Shown in pieces: positions 39,021 to 47,769 of a DNA stretch of 64,000 bases. The notes beneath the pieces were generated by a model that saw only the letters and a list, made by a program, of their open reading frames with translations, ran no database searches and was not told the DNA's origin. The position numbers were made by a program, and so were the translations under genes. Position 1 is the first letter of the stretch. Each line of letters opens with the position of its first letter. Where the stretch lies: NCBI GenBank assembly GCA_951406725.2, contig OX597822.1:54250001-54314000 (forward strand). The letters are read 5' to 3'. This DNA is from Octopus vulgaris (Eukaryota).

Positions 39021-39778
39021 AAATCCATCTCATCCTCTTGTACTGTCTTATATTCCTCCCCATCACTACGAAACTCTATAAAATGATTAAAATTCCCCAC
39101 AAAGGAACTTATTTTGATTTGAAAACCCCACTAGAATGGGAGAAAGCGCTAATGATCTAAGTGATATGATATATATGTAAAAAAATGTAATATATAAATA
39201 AATATCTGTAAATATAAACCATCCGATCTTCTGATTACCTCATTTCTTCTAATATATATATATATATATATATAGGCACAAGAAACCATGCCAGAACAGA
39301 GAATAGAGTCTGGTGCAGCCCCTCAACTTGCTAGCTCTGGTCTCACTGTCCGATCCATGCCAGCATGGACAACGGACAGTAAATGATGATGATGATGATG
39401 AATTTATATCCAATTATGGCAGTTGCTTCCTTCCATTTGCAGAGTCCATGAGAGAAAAGATCGTATTTTTTTTTCTTTCTATTTTTGTAAAACATTTAAA
39501 GAAACTGTAATTAAACATGAATTTTTTTTATTTATACTATTAAAAATATTTCCTTTTAATATTTTGCTTTTCTTTTTTTATAGGAAAAAATCAACAAATT
39601 TGACTGTGACTGGGGTGACCTTCTGTTCCGGGATCTTGGTTTAAGCATATATGGTGTTAGGACACTGCTTTTGAATAGGCATGAACTCCAAGAAGGTGCT
39701 CACTTGGAGGAACATGAACGGAAGTCAGTTGAAGAACTGCGACTGTTATTGGACTATGACACCAGTGATCACCGTTAA
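2058..39778 (+). CDS. KIAA0825: KIAA0825/C5orf36-like (DUF4495) protein, multi-exon, 5'-incomplete; join(2058-2201,3268-3386,3569-3719,10801-10991,11947-12126,15682-15819,17311-17401,17502-17728,19827-19884,22382-22434,[22590-22636],28648-28811,29935-30073,33575-33677,35935-36038,37273-37475,39584-39778)
   Basis: Hand-spliced exons all have AG/GT boundaries and matching phases, giving an open 2307-nt frame that ends in TAA. Peptides [48 protein letters not shown] and [17 protein letters not shown] align in order with human KIAA0825 motifs as I recall them (DAESHHW..FYEGERCSFSIQMW, PPKLAQ, AFNPF..MLDQ, WNWAKLL..LLKNRWEM). No database search was run. Confidence 0.9.
2254..2515. mobile_element. 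hAT (Charlie-like) MITE
   Basis: TIRs CAGTGCTTCTCAAC / GTTGAGAACCACTA; 8-bp TSD TTTCAGAT/TTTTAGAT. Confidence 0.8.
3268..3386 (+). CDS. KIAA0825: KIAA0825-like exon ([28 protein letters not shown]...), phase 0-2
   Basis: tttgcag|ATC ... GG|gtaaaa, 119 nt; not in the ORF track. Confidence 0.85.
3569..3719 (+). CDS. KIAA0825: KIAA0825-like exon ([11 protein letters not shown]...[15 protein letters not shown]), phase 2-0
   Basis: tatcag|G ... GAG|gtatct, 151 nt; conserved DAES-HW motif. Confidence 0.92.
6065..6508 (+). mobile_element. SINE family A, full length
   Basis: Pol III A/B-box-like head (GGAGTGGCTG..GGTAAG, GAGTTCAGT), central microsatellite, tail GGCGGTGCTCCAGCATGGCC..GAAACAAGTAAA. 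Confidence 0.92.
7190..7490. repeat. (TA)n merging into a 24-bp minisatellite TATTTATTTATATATGTTTATATA
   Basis: Visible tandem units; source of the spurious YIYI ORFs. Confidence 0.9.
8188..8466 (-). mobile_element. SINE family B (tRNA-like head GGAGGCGCAATGGCCCAGTGGTTAGGGCAGCGGAC)
   Basis: Homologous to 18854-19169 (+) and 32199-32509 (-). Confidence 0.88.
10101..10656 (-). mobile_element. Non-coding ~556-bp interspersed element inserted in a (TAT)n tract
   Basis: GC-richer block with sharp edges, (TAT)n on both sides and no ORF; the strand is inferred. Confidence 0.55.
10801..10991 (+). CDS. KIAA0825: KIAA0825-like exon ([11 protein letters not shown]...RRVIQFR), phase 0-2
   Basis: ttccacag|AAT ... 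AG|gtataa, 191 nt; ERCSF-IQMW motif. Confidence 0.95.
11947..12126 (+). CDS. KIAA0825: KIAA0825-like exon (MDIITILLC...[10 protein letters not shown]), phase 2-2
   Basis: ttttag|A ... AA|gtaagt, 180 nt. Confidence 0.92.
12165..12625 (-). mobile_element. CR1-like LINE 3' end (C-terminus of ORF2 plus tail)
   Basis: ORF 12312-12605: TLKLR..DL..THKII..LFKL..THGH..FF-LRV-EAWNKLP-SVV..SFK. A second copy of the tail lies at ~5955-6060. Confidence 0.85.
13193..13596 (-). mobile_element. SINE family A, full length
   Basis: Reverse complement of 6065-6508. Confidence 0.92.
14085..14308 (+). mobile_element. RTE-clade LINE internal fragment (EN-RT linker)
   Basis: [34 protein letters not shown]. Confidence 0.65.
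14309..15110 (-). mobile_element. CR1-group LINE reverse transcriptase fragment (decayed)
   Basis: [35 protein letters not shown], continuing past a stop to [15 protein letters not shown]. Confidence 0.9.
15360..15635. repeat. 27-bp AT-rich minisatellite (TAATATATGTAATATAATATGTATACT)
   Basis: Tandem units visible. Confidence 0.85.
15682..15819 (+). CDS. KIAA0825: KIAA0825-like exon (ACRKIHQ...[15 protein letters not shown]), phase 2-2
   Basis: ctcacag|A ... AA|gtaagt, 138 nt, open in the required phase. Confidence 0.85.
16070..16358 (-). mobile_element. SINE family A, 3'-truncated (a degenerate copy follows at ~16465-16780)
   Basis: Similarity to other copies. Confidence 0.85.
17010..17222. 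mobile_element. piggyBac-type MITE
   Basis: TTAA-CCCTTTCGTTAC ... GTAACGAAAGGG-TTAA: perfect 12-bp TIR and TTAA TSD. Decayed MITEs with similar TTAA-type ends lie near 4088, 4430, 15885, 22895 and 31453. Confidence 0.85.
17311..17401 (+). CDS. KIAA0825: KIAA0825-like exon ([30 protein letters not shown]), phase 2-0
   Basis: ccttag|C ... CAG|gtaatt, 91 nt. Confidence 0.9.
17502..17728 (+). CDS. KIAA0825: KIAA0825-like exon ([10 protein letters not shown]...LLPVIDR), phase 0-2
   Basis: ttcacag|GCT ... CG|gtatgt, 227 nt; follows a 100-nt intron. Confidence 0.9.
17990..18221 (-). mobile_element. SINE family C (Meta-domain-like core GCCTTTCATCCTTTCGGGGTCGA..AAGTACCAG)
   Basis: 9-bp TSD TCCAATACC on both sides; homologous to 21085, 21826, 22055 and 51490. 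Confidence 0.88.
18854..19169 (+). mobile_element. SINE family B, full length
   Basis: tRNA-like A and B boxes (TGGCCCGGTGG, GGTTTCGATTC); GGTCACGTGATC tail. Confidence 0.9.
19827..19884 (+). CDS. KIAA0825: KIAA0825-like exon ([19 protein letters not shown]), phase 2-0
   Basis: tttcag|T ... ACA|gtaagt, 58 nt. Confidence 0.8.
21085..21316 (-). mobile_element. SINE family C (further copies at ~21826-22040 and ~22055-22270)
   Basis: Flanked by a 16-bp direct repeat GTGGCATGTTATATCT (21069 and 21333). Confidence 0.88.
21349..21640 (-). mobile_element. RTE-clade LINE 3' fragment
   Basis: [35 protein letters not shown]. Confidence 0.8.
22382..22434 (+). CDS. KIAA0825: KIAA0825-like exon ([17 protein letters not shown]), phase 0-2
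   Basis: tgtgtag|ATT ... AG|gtaagt, 53 nt. Confidence 0.8.
22590..22636 (+). CDS. KIAA0825: Tentative KIAA0825-like exon ([15 protein letters not shown]), phase 2-1
   Basis: ttttcag|T ... A|gtagag. It is the best candidate I found to bridge phase 2 to phase 1, but the donor is weak. Confidence 0.45.
24040..24760 (-). mobile_element. Heavily decayed retroelement, probably Penelope-like
   Basis: Fragmentary peptides ([29 protein letters not shown]) resemble the PLE RT-GIY linker. Confidence 0.35.
25952..26370 (+). mobile_element. SINE family A, full length
   Basis: Complete head, microsatellite and (GAGTAAA)n tail. Confidence 0.92.
26668..27570 (-). mobile_element. Tc1/mariner DD37D (maT-like) transposase pseudogene
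   Basis: [34 protein letters not shown], with 37 residues between the 2nd D and the mutated 3rd position. Frameshifted; TA-CAGGG terminus at 26666-26672. Confidence 0.88.
28648..28811 (+). CDS. KIAA0825: KIAA0825-like exon ([17 protein letters not shown]...HDCLGLQ), phase 1-0
   Basis: atttcag|GT ... CAG|gtaatt, 164 nt. Confidence 0.9.
29935..30073 (+). CDS. KIAA0825: KIAA0825-like exon ([21 protein letters not shown]...SILIYS), phase 0-1
   Basis: gtttag|ATT ... G|gtaatg, 139 nt; resembles the recalled human GNTVELLTGASLD..KEKL segment. Confidence 0.88.
30138..30610 (+). mobile_element. Chapaev3-like (CMC) DNA transposon 5' fragment
   Basis: Begins CACTGTATAACA and encodes [35 protein letters not shown], a motif I associate with Chapaev3 transposases. 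Confidence 0.65.
31019..31369 (-). mobile_element. SINE family A, 5'-truncated, with 35-bp TSD
   Basis: Direct repeats at 30984-31018 and 31370-31404. Confidence 0.9.
32199..32509 (-). mobile_element. SINE family B, full length
   Basis: Perfect 12-bp TSD GCATAAAGTATA (32187 and 32510). Confidence 0.92.
33575..33677 (+). CDS. KIAA0825: KIAA0825-like exon ([13 protein letters not shown]...TFLNS), phase 1-2
   Basis: acctag|AT ... GA|gtaagt, 103 nt. Confidence 0.82.
34520..34755 (+). mobile_element. RTE-type 3' end with (GAT)n tail (young, CpG-rich copy)
   Basis: GGTTGGCGTTAGGAAGGGCATCCAGCCGTAGAAAC..GGACGTTAAACGATGATGAT; decayed copies near 8860, 23790, 35010, 36340 and 39275. Confidence 0.75.
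35565..35715. repeat. ~75-bp tandem duplication
   Basis: TCAAGAGATCAACAGAGGTCAGAAGTGG..AAATAGAGGTGTTAAGGTCAGTAGC occurs twice. Confidence 0.85.
35935..36038 (+). CDS. KIAA0825: KIAA0825-like exon ([34 protein letters not shown]), phase 2-1
   Basis: ccacag|C ... G|gtagtg, 104 nt. Confidence 0.85.
37273..37475 (+). CDS. KIAA0825: KIAA0825-like exon ([11 protein letters not shown]...[18 protein letters not shown]), phase 1-0
   Basis: cccacag|GT ... CAA|gtaggt, 203 nt. Confidence 0.92.
37502..37946 (-). mobile_element. SINE family A, full length
   Basis: Reverse complement of family A; starts 27 nt after the exon donor. Confidence 0.9.
37975..38510 (+). mobile_element. Two older SINE family A copies in tandem (head-only plus near full length)
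   Basis: Similarity to family A. Confidence 0.8.
39584..39778 (+). CDS. KIAA0825: KIAA0825-like last coding exon ([14 protein letters not shown]...DYDTSDHR*)
   Basis: tttatag|GAA ... CGT TAA, 195 nt; this frame is absent from the ORF track because it has no start codon. Confidence 0.92.
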   Translation, partial: EKINKFDCDWGDLLFRDLGLSIYGVRTLLLNRHELQEGAHLEEHERKSVEELRLLLDYDTSDHR

Positions 39779-39920
39779 AGACGTCGATGTTATGACATCT
39801 TTCTACCTTTTTTACTACATCCTCTTCAATTACTGCTGCCACCAAATACTGCCATTTTTGGTAAACCTGCCTGATTAAAACATTTATGAAACCTGCCTGA
39901 GATGGCTTTTCCTACGAGCT

Positions 39921-39956
<36 letters not shown>

Positions 39957-41870
39957 TTGTTTGTTTGTGTGTGGAGAGATGCCTTACATGACTGCTTTCT
40001 TTCACTGTTGCTCGTTTGGAATTATCCCAAACAATAGCACAGGATTGATTAATGTGCAGATAATCACTCCCTCCCCTTACTTCATTGAATTTTCATTCAT
40101 TTGTAACAAAAATTCTTCAAAACTTTCTTCATCAAGAACATCTTCCTAAGTTTACGTTTCACTCAGCTTCCTTTTTAACCAACCTTTATGACTTTCTCTT
40201 TCTCTAGTCTTTTCACACTCTCTACTCATTGTTATTTTCAGATGACCCTTCAATTTTTATCTAAAATATTTTATCTCCCTTCACCGATCTGAAGTTACTC
40301 TTTCCTCACTGTTAACCATATTTTTACTGTAATCACCTATGTCAGTTCACCCATGAAGCTATATTCACATATTTCTGTTTCAAGAAATAACCCTTATCAC
40401 CCTATTACACCAAATAAACCTGTCAGTCACTCCCCACTCTCTCTCTCTGTCACCAACTCTAATATTTTTCATCATTCTCTAATCATTTATTTATTATTTC
40501 ATTTCCCTGAAATATTTATTCTGCAACTTATTTATATATTTAAAATTCTTTGCAAGAAACAAAAGACAAAAAATTAAAACCAAACAAAATAAAATTTGTT
40601 AAATAAAATTAAATAAAATTAAATATTCAATAATTTGATACCAACATTTCTAAAAAGCAATAGGTAAAAGAAAAAAAAAATACCTCACACTTAATTTAAC
40701 AACATAACACAAGAATTTTTGATTGTGAAAGAAAAGAAATAAATGTTTTTTTTGATCTGCTGTGCTTTTTGAAAAACAACACACTTGTTTTTTTTTTTCC
40801 TCAAATGGAATTTTTTTTTTATCTTTGAAATTTTTGCTGTCTTTGTGGTATTTTTTTCTATTGTTAACTGTTCTAACTGGCAAGACCATATTAATAGAAG
40901 TGGTTATTGTTTGAGCAGATAACACATATACCTGTGTGTGTGAATGTGTGTGTGTGTGTGTGTGTACAATAATGTATCAGTTCATATTTTTTAAAAAAAC
41001 AATGACAAAAAATAATGATAAACTATTTTGTTTTATTTTTTGAAAAGAAATGAAAGCCTGAACAAAGTGTTTAAACAAACAAGATGATTAATGTGGAGAG
41101 AAAAGGCTTGTTGGAAATGAGTTGATTATGAAAAGAAAAATTACTAAAGTAAAATGATAAAATTTCATTCAAAATATTTCTTTCCTGTTTGTGCTGAAAT
41201 TCTTTTCTGCCAAATAGGCACTTTGGTATTGTTTGAAATATTTGAAAACAATGTTGACATTTAAAAAAAGAAAAGCACCTCTAAACTGGTCTCTGTCTCC
41301 ATTGTAATTTTATAGTTTACTCATTAGAATATTCAACTTAATTAAAAATAGAACAATACATGTATATAAGACAACTGAATATTATTTATACTCTTGCATT
41401 TGTACAGAATATTTCTATAGTACCTGAAATAGTTATGAGCATATTTCACATTATACATACCTTAAACTTATTTTCACTGTAACTTTATCTGTGCCCCTTA
41501 TAATTGTTATAAGGTTTGTCTTGTTTGATTATTATGAAGGTTCTCTTAACATGACCTTCATAGAGATTAATTTCACCCCCGCAATCTATAAACAGTTAAA
41601 TGTTGTCTGATTGTATTTCCAAATCAAGTGCAATATTGTTCACTTTAATCATTTGACTATGTCTGACTACAAAGTGTTGCAATGCATGCAATTCCAGAAT
41701 TAACTCCACTTCAACAGTCAGCTCAGTCAATGAAAAATAATATGCATACAAAAAAAGAAAAGAAAAAAATCCCAGAAAAACCAGAAAAACAAACAAAAAG
41801 CAAGAAAGAAAGAAAAATGTCCATTCTTCCAAAGTTGGCTGTGTTTTCTGAACCCACTGAGTTGTTCTTG

Positions 41871-41912
<42 letters not shown>

Positions 41913-42480
41913 GACAACAAGAATAATGATAATATTGTTGCTTCTCTCTGGAAGCTAAGCATAATTGTACAAAATGATAATGTATGACTATTTCACATTT
42001 TAATACCTTACCAATTTTTATAATGGACTGTTTTCTTTTTTTTGTTCATTTTTCTAATGTGACAAGATTCATTATTATATCAGTAGATGTTACAACTCCA
42101 ATAACATTACATTGCTGTGTTAATCCGTGCTGGTTAATGCAATAACTGCTATTACCAAGGGACAAATGACAAATGATTTTAATATCCAAACTTTGTGAGA
42201 GTTATTTTTCTACTGATCTTAAGAAAAAAAAAAACAACAACAAAGAAATTTTTACTGAAATATTCACACATTTAGAATCCACTGTTATTTTTAACTTTAC
42301 ATTTTTTTTTTTTAATGTTTCCAATTTTGCTTTCTGAGTTTAATAAATAAAAAAAACCCACTTGTGTAAATATTGACATTAAAGAGAGGGTCAAAAGGTA
42401 CATGACTTTCTCTACATAACTTTCTGTAGGTTATTACTTTCATATGTGACTATGTTAACTAATAAACCCTTGTTTTATTT
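39779..42480 (+). other. Probable long 3' UTR of the KIAA0825-like gene
   Basis: Follows the stop codon and contains no recognisable SINE or LINE for ~2.7 kb. It is A/U-rich, with AATAAA at 42342 and 42461 and other copies near 40590-40615. Confidence 0.5.
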
Positions 42481-42785
42481 CAAATTTTACTGGGTCCCTG
42501 CTACCATCTGACCCATGTTGGGAACCTTTGGAGATTGAAAGAGTTATGGCAAGGTTGTTTTAAACATTATTTAGTGGCATTATCTGCTGAATGAGGTGTT
42601 TTTGTAACGTTGTTCTGTTTTATTTATGGTGACACAATCATTTTACTCAGTACCGGTTCCTAATTAGAAAGCGTTCAACCTGTTTGAGTTTAAACTGTAT
42701 GATATTATTTAGGCTATTCTTTATTTTGTAAATTTTACACTTAAAGATGATTCATATGTTTAGTTGAGATATCAGTTTAATAACA

Positions 42786-43479
42786 TTAAAGTGATAATGC
42801 AGATGAATTTAGTAATATGAAAGTAATAATGCAGATGAATTTAGTAATATTAAAGTGATAATGCAGATGAATTTTGTAATATTAAAGTGATAATGCAGAT
42901 GAATTTAGTAATATGAAAGTAATAATGCAGATGAATTTAGTAATATTAAAGTGATAATGCAGATGAATTTAGTAATATTAAAGTGATAATGCAGATGAAT
43001 TTTGTAATATTAAAGTGATAATGCAGATGAATTTAGTAATATGAAAGTGATAATGCAGATGAATTTAGTAATATGAAAGTGATAATGCAGATGAATTTAG
43101 TAATATGAAAGTGATAATGCAGATGAATTTAGTAATATTAAAGTGATAATGCAGATGAATTTAGTAATATTAAAGTGATAATGCAGATGAATTTAGTAAT
43201 ATGAAAGTGATAATGCAGATGAATTTAGTAATATGAAAGTGATAATGCAGATGAATTTAGTAATATGAAAGTGATAATGCAGATGAATTTAGTAATATGA
43301 AAGTGATAATGCAGAGATGAATTTAGTAATATGAAAGTGATAATGCAGATGAATTTAGTAATATGAAAGTGATAATGCAGGTGAATTTAGTAATATGAAA
43401 GTGATAATGCAGGTGAATTTAGTAATATGAAAGGGATAATGCAGATGAATTTAGTAATATTAAAGTGATAATGCAGGTG
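42786..43479. repeat. 32-bp minisatellite, ~21-22 copies (T[G/T]AAAGTGATAATGCAGATGAATTTAGTAATA)
   Basis: Period 32 measured from 42791 to 42823; no spacers. Confidence 0.97.
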
Positions 43480-44574
43480 AGATGTTTGAAAGCAAAGGGA
43501 TCCAGTGATATTTTCCATTGAATTAGTTACAAGTGAATAATAGATAATAAATTGTGAATCTTTGACTTTAAATCAAAATTCGTATCATCTTGGACATATT
43601 TGCTGTTTCTTACATCCATTTTAAGGACTTCTTAGTTCTTCTTCTCTCTCTCTCACTATTTTTGCCTCTCGCTCTCTCTGTCTCTCTATTAATCCATATT
43701 TTTATATGGAACTGAAATATGCAACTTTTATGTATTTTATTCAGTGTTGTTATTTAACCCCCACATCAACTCTAATCAAATGCATTCCAGCCATGACCAT
43801 CTTGTCTTTTTGTATATCTAGGACTGCATTGTCCAATGTGTCTTCCCCATTTTTTTTTTTTTCAAGATGGTAGAGAGTGATTTGAAAGAGTTTGGCTGCT
43901 GTGTCTAGCAAATCATTCAACCATGTAGAACCTCCCAACTCACACATATTTATTTTGATGTTTGTCTTGATTAGTGAAACCAAATTCAATATTGTTTGAT
44001 TTCTGTTGAGTCAGAGACAATAATTCATTTCCATTTGGCATAAAAGTACTTTATTATCTTGCAATGGAAAAGACAAAGTTGATTTTATACACTTCTGTCA
44101 ATTACTTAGAGAGTTGACAAATAAAATCTATCCTGTTATATATCTCATCTCAGTTGGAAGTTATATTTTCAATGTTGTTTTTGTTTATTCTGGCAGAGTT
44201 TGAAGTTAGAAAATAGACATATAGTAGTATTTTACACACTTTGTCAGTGCATGTGGGGTACTTGCACAAAGTGAATACAAGTCTAGCAACAGCAAAGTGA
44301 GTCAGTATGTTCAATGAAGACTATGTAAGCCGCTATGCATGAGAAATGGTGTGATCACAGGACAGAACCAGTCATAAAAAACTGACAGCACTAAAATTCT
44401 CTTGGACTTTATTATATAAATGGTCAGGGATCAATCTTAGATAAGACATCATATTAGTGGTCCAAGAGGCCCCATGAATCTTTCATTATTGATGTAGCAG
44501 TTTAAGAAGTTGAAAAGATTACCTATGTGGTGCCCCAGCATGGCCACAGTCAAATGATTGAAACAAGTAAAATA

Positions 44575-44790
44575 TTAAACTATGCAAAGCTGGAAGTGAA
44601 TCTAGAAAGAATGTGGAACACCACTACTAAAGTTATTCTTGTAGTGGTATGAGCACAGGGAACTGTCTCGAAGAAACTATCACAATTTCTTGACCAGCTT
44701 AAAATCAAATGTTGCCAGTACTACTAGAAACTACCTTATTTGGCACTGCTTGTATCCTGAGAAAGTTCTCTCTGAGGTCTCAGACCTGAT
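44575..44790 (+). mobile_element. R4/Dong-type non-LTR 3' fragment (RLE C-terminus)
   Basis: YAKLEVNLERMWNTTTKVILVVV*AQGTVSK..L..TLFGTACILRK. Confidence 0.7.
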
Positions 44791-45984
44791 GGAGAAACCA
44801 TAAAAGAAACTGAAACAACTTTTTAGAAACTGTGAGGAGGTATAAAGAAATTATCAAATTTTGGTTTATTGATTTTTCACCCCCTAATAGGACTTAACTA
44901 AACACAATATTTGCTGATTCAAAAACATCTATATTTATACTTTAAAGATGGTTATCACACCCAGCCTAGTTCTGCAGAGAAATGGTGTGATCACAGGATA
45001 GAGCCAGTCATAAAAAAATGACAGCACTAACATTCTGTAGGACTTTATTATATAAATGGTTAGGGATTGATCTTAGATGAACAGACATCATATTAGTGGG
45101 AGGGGTGGAGGGATTTGTCATTTACAATGCTCAGTTGGCACTTATTTTATGGACCCTAAAAGGATGAAAGGCAAAATCCCCCTTTGTGGAATCTGAATGC
45201 AGAATTTTGTTTACAATCTGTTGCAGAAACATGTATGGCCACTGAGCTGTTCATTGTTCAAATGTCGGAGGAAGTTGCTTCTTTGAAACAAGTGAGGGTT
45301 GGTGACAAGAAAAGCATCTAGCTGTAAAAAAAAACTTGCTTAATAAATTGTTTGACTCTTACCAGGATGGAAATGGGTATGTTGACAGATATACTTGTGA
45401 CAAAGGGGATATTAAAGCATGTGGGTATGTACATACAAAGTTATAAAGAAATGAAGAATGGGGCAGAGATCTTTCACTATGTTAAGACTTGTTAAAGTGT
45501 TAAAGTTAGTCAAAATAATTAAATGACTATCTGTGTATATAAAAGGCAGAATGTGTGTGTGTATGTGAATGTAATTTATGCACGTCCACAAATTAGCACG
45601 CATGACGCTCCAATTTTAGGAGGACATTCGTCATGATCCTAGCTGTATTTTCGTCAACTTATTTTCCCCAGAGACATCAGCGAATAGCAGTAAAAATAAA
45701 TTTTCAAGTCGGGGAAATCACCATTGTTTACACACAGGAGTTAAGTCCCCTTTTAGCGACGAGTAAGTTTCTATTAAGACTTTTGTTGTATTTTTTCCAT
45801 CGAGGAAAAATGTGTTTTGTTGATATACGGGCAACACACACACACACACATGTATGTGTACTAAAAACATGCATTAGGGGTACGTACGTACGTGTGTGAG
45901 TGTGTGTTGTCCATAGTCTTAAGTATATATATACATACTTAAAACGTAGTTGTGATCTGGATATAATCGTTTCTGACACAGAGA

Positions 45985-46667
45985 ATCAGGAGCCCTTTTG
46001 GGCATTCTATTTTCCTTGCTGGAAGGGTTCCCAACCCATGGGCAAAGGGGGTTAGATAAGGGGGGGTGTTTTCAAAGGGCTGGAATGTACAACCTGATCA
46101 CCCCTGCCGATCAAACTCCCAACCCATGAGCTCCCGTCGCGACACCGATTCTGCAGAACTGGGTTGGGTGTGAAAACCAACTTTCAAGTATAAATATAGA
46201 TGTTTTTGAATCAGCAGTATTGTGTTTGGTTAAGTCCTATTTGGGGTGAAAAATCAATAAACTGGTTCCTTATGGGGTTTTCCATTTAATCAGGATTAAA
46301 AAAATCGATAAACCGATTCCTTATAGGATTTCCCAATAAAATTGGCTATACCCCATTTTCAACCATAGCTTTTACCAATTTTGATGTATTTTGTTTAAAC
46401 TTGATGCCAACATTACTTAGGACTCATGGGATCTTTGAATGCTATAATTTCTCCAAAAACCAGAAAGGAAAAAAATCGATAAACCGATTCCTTATGGGAT
46501 TACCCAATCAAGTTGATTGCAACTCATTTTCCGCCCAAAGCTTACCAATTTCAACGGATTTCGCCCAAATTCGACGTCGATGTTATTTAGTTTGGTTTGA
46601 AATAAAGAACTTGATTAGCTTAATAATCCTTACCTAATCTCGAACAAAGCCGGACTATACAGCTAGT
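45985..46667 (+). mobile_element. Non-autonomous Helitron-like element with internal repeats
   Basis: Three copies of AAAAATC(G/A)ATAAAC(C/T)G(A/G)TTCCTTAT; 3' end CTCGAACAAAGCCGGACTATACAGCTAGT. The 5' boundary is approximate. Confidence 0.45.
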
Positions 46668-47769
46668 GTATATTAAAAGGATATGATTTAAAATACACAA
46701 GAAAACAAATTTGGGTAACTGCCCCATTCATATGTGCGAATCAGTTACTTGGGTTTTATCAGGACTGTAACTCTGACGTTTTATTTCTATATGCATGTTA
46801 CAGTTCATGAATGCAATTTGGGTGTTAGAAAGAGTAAGGATGGGATCATTTCTCCTGATAGATCTTGTATAGCTGCCAATATACAAATGGTATATTTTTA
46901 TTCTCAGTATCTTACTCTTCAAATGTTCTTTATATTCTGCTCTCATCTCTTCATAAACCAATAGTCTCTTTCCACAATACTTTAAGAGTAGTCATTTAAA
47001 TCTCCAAGTTTTGTGTCTGCTTAAGGATTAGTTGTTATTGAGATATATCACTGACTGGCAGCGATTTTATTTAGTGGTGGTGGTGGTGGCAATTGATCTT
47101 CTGATGGAACTGAAGAAATTGTTTCCATTTTCTTTTTTTTTTTCAGTTTTCAAATTGCTAATACTACGTGTTGGCGGCAATTCTTGATTGAACTATCACC
47201 TTTTTGTTGAGAGGGGCAGGATTTTAACCTATTTGCATGGAGCCAAAACAAATATTGCAAAGTATCTTGTCCTGTATCCTAACGGATCTGCTCATCTACA
47301 CTCCTGGATTTACATTATTTTTATAGACCCTGAAAAGATGAAAGACAAAGGTCGTCATTACAGGCTTTGAACTCAGTGCACAGTGTCAGAACATCCAGCA
47401 TTTAGGGAACTCTGCCAATTGAACTATTTTTTTAAAGCGAGATTTGACAACGGAATAAAGAAAATTGGTGTTGATATGGTGTATCACGTAGCAGTTAGCT
47501 GTGTCTGGCAATAGCAGTTAAATTGTTTCACCATACTGTTGTCACTATACTGACAAAAATTACACTTCACACTGCTGTCTATATTTAATGAAATGTAATT
47601 CTAGAGGCGTCTCTCCTACCTTGTTTTGACCAGAGTCATTAATTAAAATGATTATTTCTTTTTATTATGGGTGTAATTTGAATTAATGAACGAACATTTC
47701 TTGGCTCACTACATTTCATATTTGTTACCAGTCAGTTTGATATTACATATGTGTGTGTGTACAATGATA

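Noticed and set aside
42786-43479. 32-bp repeats of CRISPR-like length
   Set aside because: Units are contiguous with no unique spacers, there are no cas genes, and the context is eukaryotic: a minisatellite.
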